From the NCBI GenBank assembly GCA_037445065.1, contig JBBILD010000015.1, forward strand, positions 27,575 through 91,574: a stretch of DNA of 64,000 nt, read 5' to 3'. Shown here piece after piece: positions 39,928 to 48,828 of the stretch. Position 1 is the stretch's first letter. The number at the start of each line of letters is the position of its first letter. The notes below the pieces were generated by a model. That model worked only from the letters and a program-made list of their open reading frames with translations, searched no databases and was not told the origin of the DNA. This DNA comes from Myxococcales bacterium (lineage in GTDB: Bacteria > Desulfobacterota > Binatia > HRBIN30). The position numbers and the translations under genes are program-made.

Positions 39928-40411
39928 GTAGGGGCAGCCCTTGTGGCCATCCGTGGTGGGATTTGTGCGGCCGCGGTTTCTTCGGAGCACGGGCAGGCAC
40001 AAGGCCTCCCCTACAACACATCGCACCACCCGTGCCTGCGCAGACACTGGCGTTGCGACCACCGGTCGTCCCAGCGTTTCGAACCCGTTTCGCACCCGTT
40101 TCGAGGACACCCACATTTCGAGGCACCTGCCCGGTTCGTGGAACACTTGCTGCCGTGGGCACAACGGTAAATTCAGGATATGTAGGGGTGGCCCCTGTGG
40201 CCGCCCGTGGCGCAATTCGGCGTGCGTGGTCCGATCGCGCGCGCCGCGCCCACAACTGATGCGGTGACTGGCCCGCGGTGCGGCATCCGGTTGGATTCGG
40301 AACACGGGCAGACACAAGGCCTGCCCCTACATTCCCCTGGCAACGGCGTGCGACCAGAGCGCCACCGATGCCCCCTGCGCGCTGTAGGGGCGGCGCTAGT
40401 GGCCGCACGTG
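39928..40411. repeat. GTAG-type REP/REPIN cluster 1
   Basis: Inverted pairs 39928-40014 and 40182-40330 plus a half copy at 40384; consensus GTAGGGGYRGSCYTTGTGSCYGCCCGTG. Confidence 0.8.
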
Positions 40412-40852
40412 GCGCGAACGGTAAGCGGCGACCTTTGAGCAACGAATGCTCTGAACCTCCACCGCGAAGGAGCGGTTCCACGCACATCCAACGCACGCCG
40501 GCAGGGTGGCGCAGCGGTTTAGAGGAGAATTGTGGAGTTGAGCCCACAACAACGGGCACAGTGCCAACCCCGAAGGGGTGGTTGTGGACACCAGCGGCGT
40601 CGCACGGGAAGCGTTCTGCCTACGGCACCGCGATCGTAACTGCCCAATGCCGCTGAGTATTCGCAGCTTCCGCCAACGCTCGGGGCTCCTCGGCTGAGCA
40701 CGCTGCCTAATACGGTGGGCGGCCGCTTTACGCCGCCTGCTCCAGCGTGCCAGCCCGAACGGCGGCCGGCGCCCCATGACGGAGATGCTCGGCAGAGGAA
40801 TCGCGGGTTTTTTGGCAGGCGGGTCGCTCGGGGAAAAATGTAACGGCGGGCC

Positions 40853-40884
40853 TTGACCCTGTACCTAGGTGCAGGCGCTAAGCT
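40853..40884 (+). promoter_or_regulatory. MerR operator/promoter
   Basis: TTGACC, 20 nt, TAAGCT, with dyad CCTGTACCT-AGGTGCAGG (40858-40875, one mismatch) in the elongated spacer. Confidence 0.85.
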
Positions 40885-40918
40885 CTTTTCCACGACGAAG
40901 GAAAGGAGGAACCAATGG

Positions 40919-41338
40919 ATGGAAAGTGAAATCCGCACGATCGGCCAATTGGCACGAGACGCGGGCGTGCGAGTGGAAACGGTCCGTTACTACGAGCGGC
41001 GCGGGCTACTCCCGCGCGCGCGGCGAAGTCCCGCTGGCTACCGGCTGTTCGACGACGAGGCACTACGCCGGATCCGTTTTGTGAAGCGAGCACAAGCGTT
41101 AGGTTTTTCGCTGCGTGAGGTGCGGGAACTGTTGTCTCTGCGTACGGCCAAGCGGGTTGACTGCGATGCGGTGCGCGAGCGGGCTGCGCGCAAGATCGCC
41201 GACGTGGAAGAGAAGATCCGCGCTCTGCACGCCATTCGCAAAGTGTTGTTGCAACTGGTCGAGGAGTGCGAGAGCCGGCGGACCAGCGATCGCGACTGCC
41301 CGATTCTCGGCAGCCTGGACTGGATGGAGGAACACTGA
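40919..41338 (+). CDS. merR: Hg(II)-responsive MerR regulator
   Basis: TIGQLA..VETVRYYERRGLL HTH; three Cys (VDC, EEC, DCPIL) at the expected Hg-ligand positions. Confidence 0.88.
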   Translation: MESEIRTIGQLARDAGVRVETVRYYERRGLLPRARRSPAGYRLFDDEALRRIRFVKRAQALGFSLREVRELLSLRTAKRVDCDAVRERAARKIADVEEKIRALHAIRKVLLQLVEECESRRTSDRDCPILGSLDWMEEH

Positions 41339-41682
41339 TGTCTTGGCGGGATCACGTGGGTTGGCTTGGAGCCGCGCTTGGCGGCTCCTTAGTTGGGCTC
41401 TGCTGTTTAGGGCCTTTGGTTGCACTGGTGTTCGGGGTGGGGGTGGGCGCTCTCTCTGCCTTTACTGTGCTCGACCCCTATCGGCCGTGGTTTTTGCTGG
41501 CTGCGCTCGGTTTCTGGGGTTGGGGTTTTTACCGGCTGTACGTGGTGTCAGCCCGGAATGAGGTATGTGACGAGGCCTGCGAACGGCCCTCCAGGCTTGC
41601 GCGCGGAGCGCTCTGGGTGTCGCTTGCATTCCTCGTTGTCGCTTGGGGCTACCCGTTCGTGCTGGTGCATCTGTTTCGCTGA
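41338..41682 (+). CDS. merT: Mercuric transport protein MerT
   Basis: LCCLGPLV in TM1, DPYRPWF, loop pair CDEAC, three TM helices. Confidence 0.85.
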   Translation: MSWRDHVGWLGAALGGSLVGLCCLGPLVALVFGVGVGALSAFTVLDPYRPWFLLAALGFWGWGFYRLYVVSARNEVCDEACERPSRLARGALWVSLAFLVVAWGYPFVLVHLFR

Positions 41683-41753
41683 GAACCGGCGTCGCTTTGC
41701 GGCGAATCGAGGAACGGAGACGACGCGTAAACGCGTCCAAAGGAGAACATACG

Positions 41754-42038
41754 ATGAAAAGATCTGTGTTGGTGTTCGTTCTACTGGGCTCCCTGCTGGG
41801 AGCGGCGAGGGCGGAAGATGTTAAGCGCACGCTGGTCGTTCCTGACATGCATTGCGCGCTTTGCTTGCCAACGGTGGAGAAGGCTCTACGCGCAGTGCCT
41901 GGTGTGCGCCAAGTGCAAGTGGCCTTGTCGGAACGGCGGGTCACGGTGCTGGCCGACGAAGCAGTGGAGCCAGTGCGCCTGGTGGAGGCCCTAAGCAAGG
42001 TCGGCTACCGGGCGCAGCTCGAGGAGGGGACGCGATGA
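41754..42038 (+). CDS. merP: Periplasmic mercury-binding protein MerP (HMA domain)
   Basis: AAGGAG RBS, signal peptide, MHCALC..VEKAL..VPGV. Confidence 0.82.
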   Translation: MKRSVLVFVLLGSLLGAARAEDVKRTLVVPDMHCALCLPTVEKALRAVPGVRQVQVALSERRVTVLADEAVEPVRLVEALSKVGYRAQLEEGTR

Positions 42039-43435
42039 GGGGTGCGGAACCGTTCGATCTAGTGATTGTCGGCGGCGGTGCGGCAGCATTTTCTGCCGCC
42101 ATCCGTGCCACCGAACTCGGGGCACGTGTGTTGATGGCGAACGACGGCTTGCCCCTCGGTGGCACCTGCGTGAACGTCGGCTGCGTGCCGAGCAAGTTCC
42201 TACTTGCTGCGGTGGAGGAATTTTGGCGCTTGCGGATTGAAAAGCCTCCTTGGCTTGCTGGCGCTGCAACCTTGGACTTCGAGCGGCTGATGCAGGAGAA
42301 GGACGAGCTGGTGACGTCCCTGCGGCAGCGCAACTACTGGGACGTCTTGCAGGCATTGGGAGCCGTCACCCTTGTGCAGGAACGCGCCCGCTTGGTGTCG
42401 GCGCAGGAGATCGAGGCTGGCGGCAAGCGTTACCGCGGTCAGCGCATGGTCATTGCCACCGGAGCGCGGCCGCGCTTGCCATCGCTTCCCGGGCTCGAAG
42501 CCGCGCAGCCGTGGACGAACCGCAGTGCGCTCGCCCAGCGCAGCGTGCCACGTGCGCTGGTCGTGCTCGGAGCGGGCCCCCTGGGCCTCGAGTTTGCCCA
42601 GATATTCCACCGCGCTGGGGCGCGCGTGCGCGTGCTCGAGGTGGCCTCCCAAATTCTGCCCGGGCACGACCCCGAGCTTGCCGAGGAGTTGGCCTGCTCT
42701 CTCCAGGAAGAGGGCATCGAGATCCGTACCGGCTGTACTGTCCAGCGCGTAGAGGGCCATCCTGGAGCACTGCGGCTGTTCGACGAGCGAGGAGTTTGCA
42801 CCGAAACGGAACGGATCTTAGCTGCCACTGGCATCCAGCCCAATACGGATGGCCTAGGTCTGGCAGAGGTCGGCGTAGAAACCGATGCCCGTGGGTTTAT
42901 CGTGACCGACCGTATTCAGGCTACCTCGGTACCGGGAATTTACGCGGCGGGAGACGTCACTGGCGTCATGCCACTCGAGACCGTGGCAGCCAAACAAGGG
43001 TTTCTTGCTGCCGAGCACGCGCTTACCGGGAGCGGCCCCGCGTTGAACCCCGAGCTTGTGCCGCAAGTGGTGTTTACCGATCCACAGTTTGCGTCGGTGG
43101 GGCTCAGCGAGGCGCGGCTCATGGACGAGATCGGCCGCTGCAGTTGCCGGACCCTACCCCTGAGTGCAGTTCCGAAGGCGCATGTAACCGGTGACACACG
43201 CGGCAGCGTGAAACTCGTGGTCGAGCCTTCCACCGGGCGCATCCGCGGAGCGCAAGCCGTTGGCCGCCAGGCAGGGGAGATGATCCACGTGCCACTCTTG
43301 GCCATGAAGGCGGGGTGGACGGTGCGCGAACTCATTGACACCGTTCACGCCTTTCCTACGTACGCGGAAGCGTGGAAGATTTGCGCGCAGACGTTCTTTC
43401 GCGCATCCACGACCATGAGCTGCTGCGTGGTTTGA
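42035..43435 (+). CDS. merA: Mercuric reductase without NmerA domain
   Basis: GGGAAA FAD motif, GGTCVNVGCVPSK, C-terminal SCCVV; lies in a merRTP context. Confidence 0.92.
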   Translation: MRGAEPFDLVIVGGGAAAFSAAIRATELGARVLMANDGLPLGGTCVNVGCVPSKFLLAAVEEFWRLRIEKPPWLAGAATLDFERLMQEKDELVTSLRQRNYWDVLQALGAVTLVQERARLVSAQEIEAGGKRYRGQRMVIATGARPRLPSLPGLEAAQPWTNRSALAQRSVPRALVVLGAGPLGLEFAQIFHRAGARVRVLEVASQILPGHDPELAEELACSLQEEGIEIRTGCTVQRVEGHPGALRLFDERGVCTETERILAATGIQPNTDGLGLAEVGVETDARGFIVTDRIQATSVPGIYAAGDVTGVMPLETVAAKQGFLAAEHALTGSGPALNPELVPQVVFTDPQFASVGLSEARLMDEIGRCSCRTLPLSAVPKAHVTGDTRGSVKLVVEPSTGRIRGAQAVGRQAGEMIHVPLLAMKAGWTVRELIDTVHAFPTYAEAWKICAQTFFRASTTMSCCVV

Positions 43436-43516
43436 GCGAAGGGCGCACAAGGCCCGCGGGTTGGGCAGCATCCGGGCGCTGGAAAGGATTGTGTCCGCGA
43501 TGGTAACAGTGCGCCC

Positions 43517-45112
43517 ATGCTGCGGGCGGCGACCCTCGGAGAATTGTTACGTGCGGCGGCACAGGGACCCGATGCCTGTGCCTTTCGCTACCGCGACGAG
43601 GAGGTCAGTTATCGCGACTGGGACCGATTCGCCGACCAGTTAGCGGCCCGCTTATGGGCGGAAGATGTGCGCCCACGTGACGTCGTGGCGCTCCTGCTTC
43701 CCTCGACGCCGTTTTACTTGGTCGCGTATTTGGCTGCGGCGCGCATCGGGGCGGTAACCGCGGGCATCAACCCGCGCTACCGCCGCAAGGAGATTGTACC
43801 CATCTTGGCGCGCGCGGGGGCTAGGCTGCTGCTTGCCGTGCGCCGTGGTGTGGGCGGGGTGGATTACGAATCCATCGTTGCCGAGGCGCGCTCCGAGCTG
43901 CCCGCCTTGCGCCAGGTGCTGTGGGTGGACGAGAGTGAGTTGCGAACCAGTACACGCGCTAGCGTGGAGCGGCTTGCCGCCGGTTGCATTCCTGCTCCCA
44001 CGGTGGCCATCCTCCCAGAGCAGCCGGTGGCCATCGTCTTTACCAGCGGCACTACCGGTACGCCAAAAGGGGCTTGGTACGCGCACCAAAGCCTAATGGC
44101 TCTGGCGGACATCGAAACCCGCCGATACGACAGGGGCGAAATTCCGTTTCGCAAACACCTTGCCGCCGGCATCTCCTTCGCCCACTTGGGCACGATGGCA
44201 CGCATCGCCGTGCAGATCGGCCACCGAGCCATGTCCATCGTGCACGACCAGTTCGATGTGGACGCTGTGTTGCGAACCATCGAGCAAGAGCGGCTTGTGC
44301 ACTTGGGGGCGTTCCCGACCCAGATGATCGCCCTCCTCGACCGCGCGCGAGAGCTCGGTGCGGATCTCTCGAGCTTGCACAGCGTGCTGCTCGGGGGCGC
44401 TCCGGTAGCCCCGGAGCTGATCCTGCGTGTGCAACGGGAAATCGGCGCGGTGGTGAGCGTGCGGTACTCATCCACCGAGGTCGGCATCGCCACTGCGTCG
44501 CTGCCCGATGATCCGCCCGAAGTGCTGTGTTCGACGGTTGGGAAACCGACACCGGGGGTCGAGTTGCAGGTCGTGGATGGAGAAAACCGACCGCTTGCCG
44601 CAGGAGAGGTGGGTGAGGTGGTGGTGCGCTCTCCGGCAACGATGCGGGGCTACTGGGGCGATCCAGAAGCCACTGCGCGCACGATCGATGGGGACGGTTG
44701 GGTGCATACTGGCGATCTCGGGTTCCTCGACCAGGCTGGATACCTGCACCTCTGCGGGCGGCAGAGCGAGATGTACATCCGGGGTGGTTTCAACGTATAC
44801 CCCATCGAAGTGGAACACCGGCTGCACCAGCATCCCAAAGTGGCACAGGTGGCAGTGCTCGGAGTGCCACACGAAAGGTATGGCGAGGTCGGCTGGGCAT
44901 TCGTGGTGCCGCGCAACCCGAGCGACCCGCCCAGCTTGGAGGAACTGCGCGCATTCGTCGGCGCGGAGTTGGCAAGCTTCAAGCGCCCGGATGGTCTCAC
45001 GGTGCTCGAACAAATGCCGCTCACAGCAATGTTCAAGCCGGACAAGCGCGCCTTGCGCGCGCTGTACGACTCTGCGGCGGGCCGCGCGCACGAACGACGC
45101 GGTGTCCGCTGA
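43517..45112 (+). CDS. Class I adenylate-forming enzyme (acyl-CoA synthetase)
   Basis: FTSGTTGTPKG, YSSTE, TGDLG, RGGFNVYPIEVE, final Lys motif (MFKPDK). Confidence 0.92.
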   Translation: MLRAATLGELLRAAAQGPDACAFRYRDEEVSYRDWDRFADQLAARLWAEDVRPRDVVALLLPSTPFYLVAYLAAARIGAVTAGINPRYRRKEIVPILARAGARLLLAVRRGVGGVDYESIVAEARSELPALRQVLWVDESELRTSTRASVERLAAGCIPAPTVAILPEQPVAIVFTSGTTGTPKGAWYAHQSLMALADIETRRYDRGEIPFRKHLAAGISFAHLGTMARIAVQIGHRAMSIVHDQFDVDAVLRTIEQERLVHLGAFPTQMIALLDRARELGADLSSLHSVLLGGAPVAPELILRVQREIGAVVSVRYSSTEVGIATASLPDDPPEVLCSTVGKPTPGVELQVVDGENRPLAAGEVGEVVVRSPATMRGYWGDPEATARTIDGDGWVHTGDLGFLDQAGYLHLCGRQSEMYIRGGFNVYPIEVEHRLHQHPKVAQVAVLGVPHERYGEVGWAFVVPRNPSDPPSLEELRAFVGAELASFKRPDGLTVLEQMPLTAMFKPDKRALRALYDSAAGRAHERRGVR

Positions 45113-45115
45113 GAT

Positions 45116-46207
45116 TCAAGTGCGAAACGCCGGAATCACGTAGCGGCCAAACAGCTCGATCGAGCGCAGGACTTGCGTGGGGGAAATCGCGTACGGGTTC
45201 ATGAGGCACAAGATCTGATCGATCCCTGCCTCTTGATAACGGCGCAGCACCTCGACGCAGCGTGCGGGGTCGCCCACGATAATGGCACCCATTTCGTTGA
45301 GCGCGTCAAAGGTCACGCCTTCGAGGTCGAGCGCGCCGAGCGCTTGCGCGTACTCGTAGGTGGCGATGGTCCCCTGGCCCTGCCACTCCGCCAGCGCCGA
45401 AATGAGGCGGATGCTCTTGCGGAAGTACCAGAGCACCGAGCGCTCCGCGTTGCGCCGCGCCTCCGCATTGGTGTCCGCGCAGTGCACCATTGTGAACGCC
45501 GCGGCACGCGGATTGGTGAAATGGCCGATCGGTTGCGCCTGTTGCAATCCCTCGCGATAGAGGCGGATCCGCTGCGCGAGTTCGTCGGGCGGCACGCCGA
45601 TGGTGAAGGAAAGCAGGCCGAGGCCCAGTTTTCCGGCGAGCATGTGCCCCTCGGGGCTACTGGTGGCCATCCACAAAGGCGGGTGCGGGCGCTGCAGCGG
45701 CTTGGGCAGCACGCGACGGGGTGGGATCCGAAAATGCTCTCCCTCCCAGGAAAACACATCTTGGGTCCACGCTCCGACCACGATGCGCAAGGCCTCTTCC
45801 CACAGGCTGCGCGTCTGCCGAGGCTCGATCCCGAAGCCCTCGAGTTCCTCCCGCGTGGCGGAACGGCCGGTACCGAACTCCAGGCGGCCGTTGCACAAGA
45901 GATCCAACGTGGCGGCCATCTCTGCAGCGCGAATCGGGTGGTTGTACGGAAACGGGAGTAAGCGCACGCCGTGACAGATTTTGATTCGGGAGGTGCGCGC
46001 AGCCACGTACCCGTACAGCACTTCGGGAGCGGAGCAGTGGGAAAACTCGCTCAGAAAGTGATGCTCGACGGTCCAGAAATGGGTGAAGCCCATCTGTTCG
46101 GCGAGTTCGACCTCCCGCACCACTTGCCGGTAGGCGTCGAGTTCGCTCACCGGCCCCCACGGTTGGGGCACCGGAACCTCGTAAAACATCCCGAACTCGA
46201 AGCTCAT
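45116..46207 (-). CDS. Luciferase-like (LLM) flavin-dependent monooxygenase
   Basis: FGMF, VEHHF, HPIRAAEMAATLDLL.NGRLEFGTGR, PKPLQRPHPP, IELFGRYVIP motifs. Confidence 0.9.
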   Translation of the reverse strand: MSFEFGMFYEVPVPQPWGPVSELDAYRQVVREVELAEQMGFTHFWTVEHHFLSEFSHCSAPEVLYGYVAARTSRIKICHGVRLLPFPYNHPIRAAEMAATLDLLCNGRLEFGTGRSATREELEGFGIEPRQTRSLWEEALRIVVGAWTQDVFSWEGEHFRIPPRRVLPKPLQRPHPPLWMATSSPEGHMLAGKLGLGLLSFTIGVPPDELAQRIRLYREGLQQAQPIGHFTNPRAAAFTMVHCADTNAEARRNAERSVLWYFRKSIRLISALAEWQGQGTIATYEYAQALGALDLEGVTFDALNEMGAIIVGDPARCVEVLRRYQEAGIDQILCLMNPYAISPTQVLRSIELFGRYVIPAFRT

Positions 46208-46800
46208 GACGCACCCGAACCCTGCCGTCCGGCCAGGAAGTTTTCTACGTAGCGTGCGATAATGTCGGTCTCGATATTCACCAGGTCTCCGACTCGCTTG
46301 CGCAGCAAGTTGGTGTGCGCCTGCGTATACTGCACGAGGGAGACCGCGAAGGAGTCGGCTGTTTTTTCGATGATCGTCAGGCTTGCGCCATCTACCGCTA
46401 CTGGGCCTTTTACCACCATATAGCGGAGGAGTTCCGGAGGGGTGCGAAAACGTACGATCACCGCTGCCTCCTCCGGTACGAGGGAAGCCACCTCAGCCAC
46501 ACCCTCGACCACGCCCCGCACGATGTGGCCGCTCAAGCGGTCGGTAGGACGGAGCGAGCGCTCCAGGTTCACCGCATCACCCACCCGCAACGAGCCAAGA
46601 TTGGAGCGACGGAGCGTCTCCGGCATCACATCGGCAGAAAACACATCGCCCGCGAGATCGCACACGGTGAGATCAACGCCATTGACCGCGATCGAGTCAC
46701 CCAACTTCGCGTCGCTGGTGACCAATGGGGCTCGGATCGAGATGCGGCTCCCATGTTGTTCGCTGACCTCGCCTACTTCTTCGATGATGCCGGTAAACAT
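46204..46800 (-). CDS. ribE: Riboflavin synthase (alpha-type) homologue with divergent active site
   Basis: MFTGIIEE start, GDSIAVNG, ETLRRSNLG, VNLER, two-barrel repeat; NGVDLT and GHIVRGVVEG deviate from consensus. Confidence 0.8.
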   Translation of the reverse strand: MFTGIIEEVGEVSEQHGSRISIRAPLVTSDAKLGDSIAVNGVDLTVCDLAGDVFSADVMPETLRRSNLGSLRVGDAVNLERSLRPTDRLSGHIVRGVVEGVAEVASLVPEEAAVIVRFRTPPELLRYMVVKGPVAVDGASLTIIEKTADSFAVSLVQYTQAHTNLLRKRVGDLVNIETDIIARYVENFLAGRQGSGAS

Positions 46801-47049
46801 CGTTTCGTCTCGCCTGGCACTGAAACCAAAATCGCGTCTCAGCGACAAGAGGAGGCGAACACCCGCGCCCGCGCGTGGAGGGGTTTTGCGCTCATGGGAA
46901 TCTGAGGGACATCGGTTCCAAGAAATGAGAAGCAGATTCTGCCGTAGGCAACTCTGGCCGCGCGCAGAGTCCGGAACGAGTGTTGCTTTGCCAGGCGGCG
47001 CATGAGGATGGGTGTGTGCCGAGGCCGTTTTGCTAGGGCCGAACGGGTT

Positions 47050-47673
47050 ATGGCAGTGGCGGCGCCAGTGCTTGCGCTGCTCGCGTTCTCTCTTGCCTTG
47101 GGGGGCCCAGCGCTCGGGGAACAACGGGGACGCGAACTATTTGTGCTCTGCGCGACTTGTCATGGGGAACGCGGTGAGGGCAACGCGCGGCGTGGTGCAC
47201 CGGCTATCGCTGGTTTGCCCCAGTGGTACCTCGAGGCTCAGCTCCGAAAATTCCTTTCCGGCCAGCGTGGCTACCACCCACAAGACAACGCCGGCTTGCA
47301 AATGAGGCCAATGGCGCAGGCCGTACGCCGTAGCGAGGATTTGCAAGCGGTAGCCGCATACGTAGCGAGTCTCCCGCGGACCAGCCCGTCTGCCACCCTC
47401 GATGGGCAAGCAGCGCAAGGCCAGGGGCTATATGCGACTTGTGTGGCTTGCCATGGGGCGGATGGAAAGGGAAACGAAGCGCTCAAAGCACCTCCCCTGG
47501 TTGGACAGAACGATTGGTACATTGTGGCGCAGCTCAAGAAATTCAAAGATGGCCTGCGGGGCACCGACGCGGGAGATGTGACCGGCCAGCAGATGCGCGC
47601 CATGGCGAACGTTTTGGGGGATGAAAAGGCCATGCGTGACGTCGCGGCTTATCTTCGCAGCTTGGCGCAGTGA
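47050..47673 (+). CDS. Dihaem cytochrome c4/c553-like protein
   Basis: Signal peptide, CATCH and CVACH haem motifs, each followed by a QM axial-Met motif; alternative start at 47002. Confidence 0.9.
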   Translation: MAVAAPVLALLAFSLALGGPALGEQRGRELFVLCATCHGERGEGNARRGAPAIAGLPQWYLEAQLRKFLSGQRGYHPQDNAGLQMRPMAQAVRRSEDLQAVAAYVASLPRTSPSATLDGQAAQGQGLYATCVACHGADGKGNEALKAPPLVGQNDWYIVAQLKKFKDGLRGTDAGDVTGQQMRAMANVLGDEKAMRDVAAYLRSLAQ

Positions 47674-47823
47674 ACGGAGGAGTCATGACGGAAGAGGCTT
47701 GGGACGATTCGCTGGCGCGCTGGGAAGGCGCGATCCGTAAAGGCTTTTGGGTGACGATGCTGGCTTGTTTCTTGTTCGCGCTTGCCGCCTGGCTGCTCGT
47801 GCGGTGAGGAGGGGAGGACGCTC

Positions 47824-48546
47824 ATGCTGGAGTGGCTGGTCCCACAAGCTTCCACGTCGGCGCGCGACGTAGACTGGCTGTTCACCGTGATCCTGCTCAC
47901 CGTGGGCTTCTGGTTCGTGGTGGCCCAATCGGTGCTGTTCACGTTCATCTTCCGCTTTCGTCGGCGTCCAGGGGTTCCCGCTCGCTACATCACGGGTGAA
48001 ACGCCAGCGGAAAAACACTGGATCAGCCGCCCACACTTGTTGGTGATCCTGTGTGACGTTTTTCTGATCGCGAGCGCGTTGTGGGTGTGGAAAACCATCA
48101 AGCAGGACCAGCCTCCCGCTGACGAGCGGGTGCGGATCGTGGCCCAGCAATGGGCGTGGGTGTTCGTCCACCCGGGGCTCGATGGCAAGCTCGACACCGC
48201 GGACGACGTGACCACAGTGAACGAACTGCACGTGAAAACCGACACCACGTACCAGTTCGAACTTACCTCCAAGGACGTTGTGCACAGCTTCTCTGTCCCC
48301 GCGTTTCGGCTCAAGCAAGACGCCGTGCCAGGACGGCTGGTGACGGGCTGGTTCCGCCCGATTCGGCCGGGAGCATACGATATCCAATGCGCGGAGATTT
48401 GCGGCATTGGGCACGCTTTGATGCCTGCGCGCCTCATTGCCGAAACGCGCGAACAGCACGTTGCCTGGCTCGCGCAGCACGCGCCACGTGCTGCGGGATC
48501 AGCGGTCCTGGGGCTTCAGGAACGGGCCGCCGCTACGCAGGGTTGA
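47824..48546 (+). CDS. coxB: Cytochrome c oxidase subunit II
   Basis: Two TM helices, QQWAW, DVVHSF, CuA motif CAEICGIGHALM. Confidence 0.93.
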   Translation: MLEWLVPQASTSARDVDWLFTVILLTVGFWFVVAQSVLFTFIFRFRRRPGVPARYITGETPAEKHWISRPHLLVILCDVFLIASALWVWKTIKQDQPPADERVRIVAQQWAWVFVHPGLDGKLDTADDVTTVNELHVKTDTTYQFELTSKDVVHSFSVPAFRLKQDAVPGRLVTGWFRPIRPGAYDIQCAEICGIGHALMPARLIAETREQHVAWLAQHAPRAAGSAVLGLQERAAATQG

Positions 48547-48828
48547 AGGGAAGATGGTCGGAGTGGTGGAGGGAAGCGGGCAAGCCGAAAAGCTCCCCAG
48601 CTTGCAGGGGCAGCAGCGCTGCACGCGAGTCGGGGAGGCGTCGCGGGTGCAGCGAGAGATTGCAGGCGGCGCCCCCGGTGTGGCGGGACGCGATGCCGTG
48701 GCTCGCCCCTTATGGAAGCGAGGTGGGGCGCGCGGAAGCGGGAACGAGCGCACCCGGGATGCCGGCCGGTCGCGCCACATTGAGAGTGGAAGAGTTCTGA
48801 CCGACGAACGTTGGAGGTTGCGGAGAGC

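Noticed and set aside
39444..40850. CRISPR array, or protein-coding ORFs, in the repeat-rich gap
   Set aside because: The repeats are inverted, irregularly spaced and degenerate, and no cas genes are present; the ORFs are translations of REP sequence with no protein-like motifs.
40853..43435. mer operon as part of a transposon
   Set aside because: No transposase, resolvase, terminal inverted repeats or evident composition shift flanks it.
43517..46800. A true lux bioluminescence operon
   Set aside because: There is only one LLM gene and no luxC, luxD or luxE homologue; the ligase is an ordinary acyl-CoA synthetase and EHHF is common among LLMs.
46801..47049. FMN riboswitch upstream of the ribE-like gene
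   Set aside because: No RFN consensus segments are visible on the minus strand.
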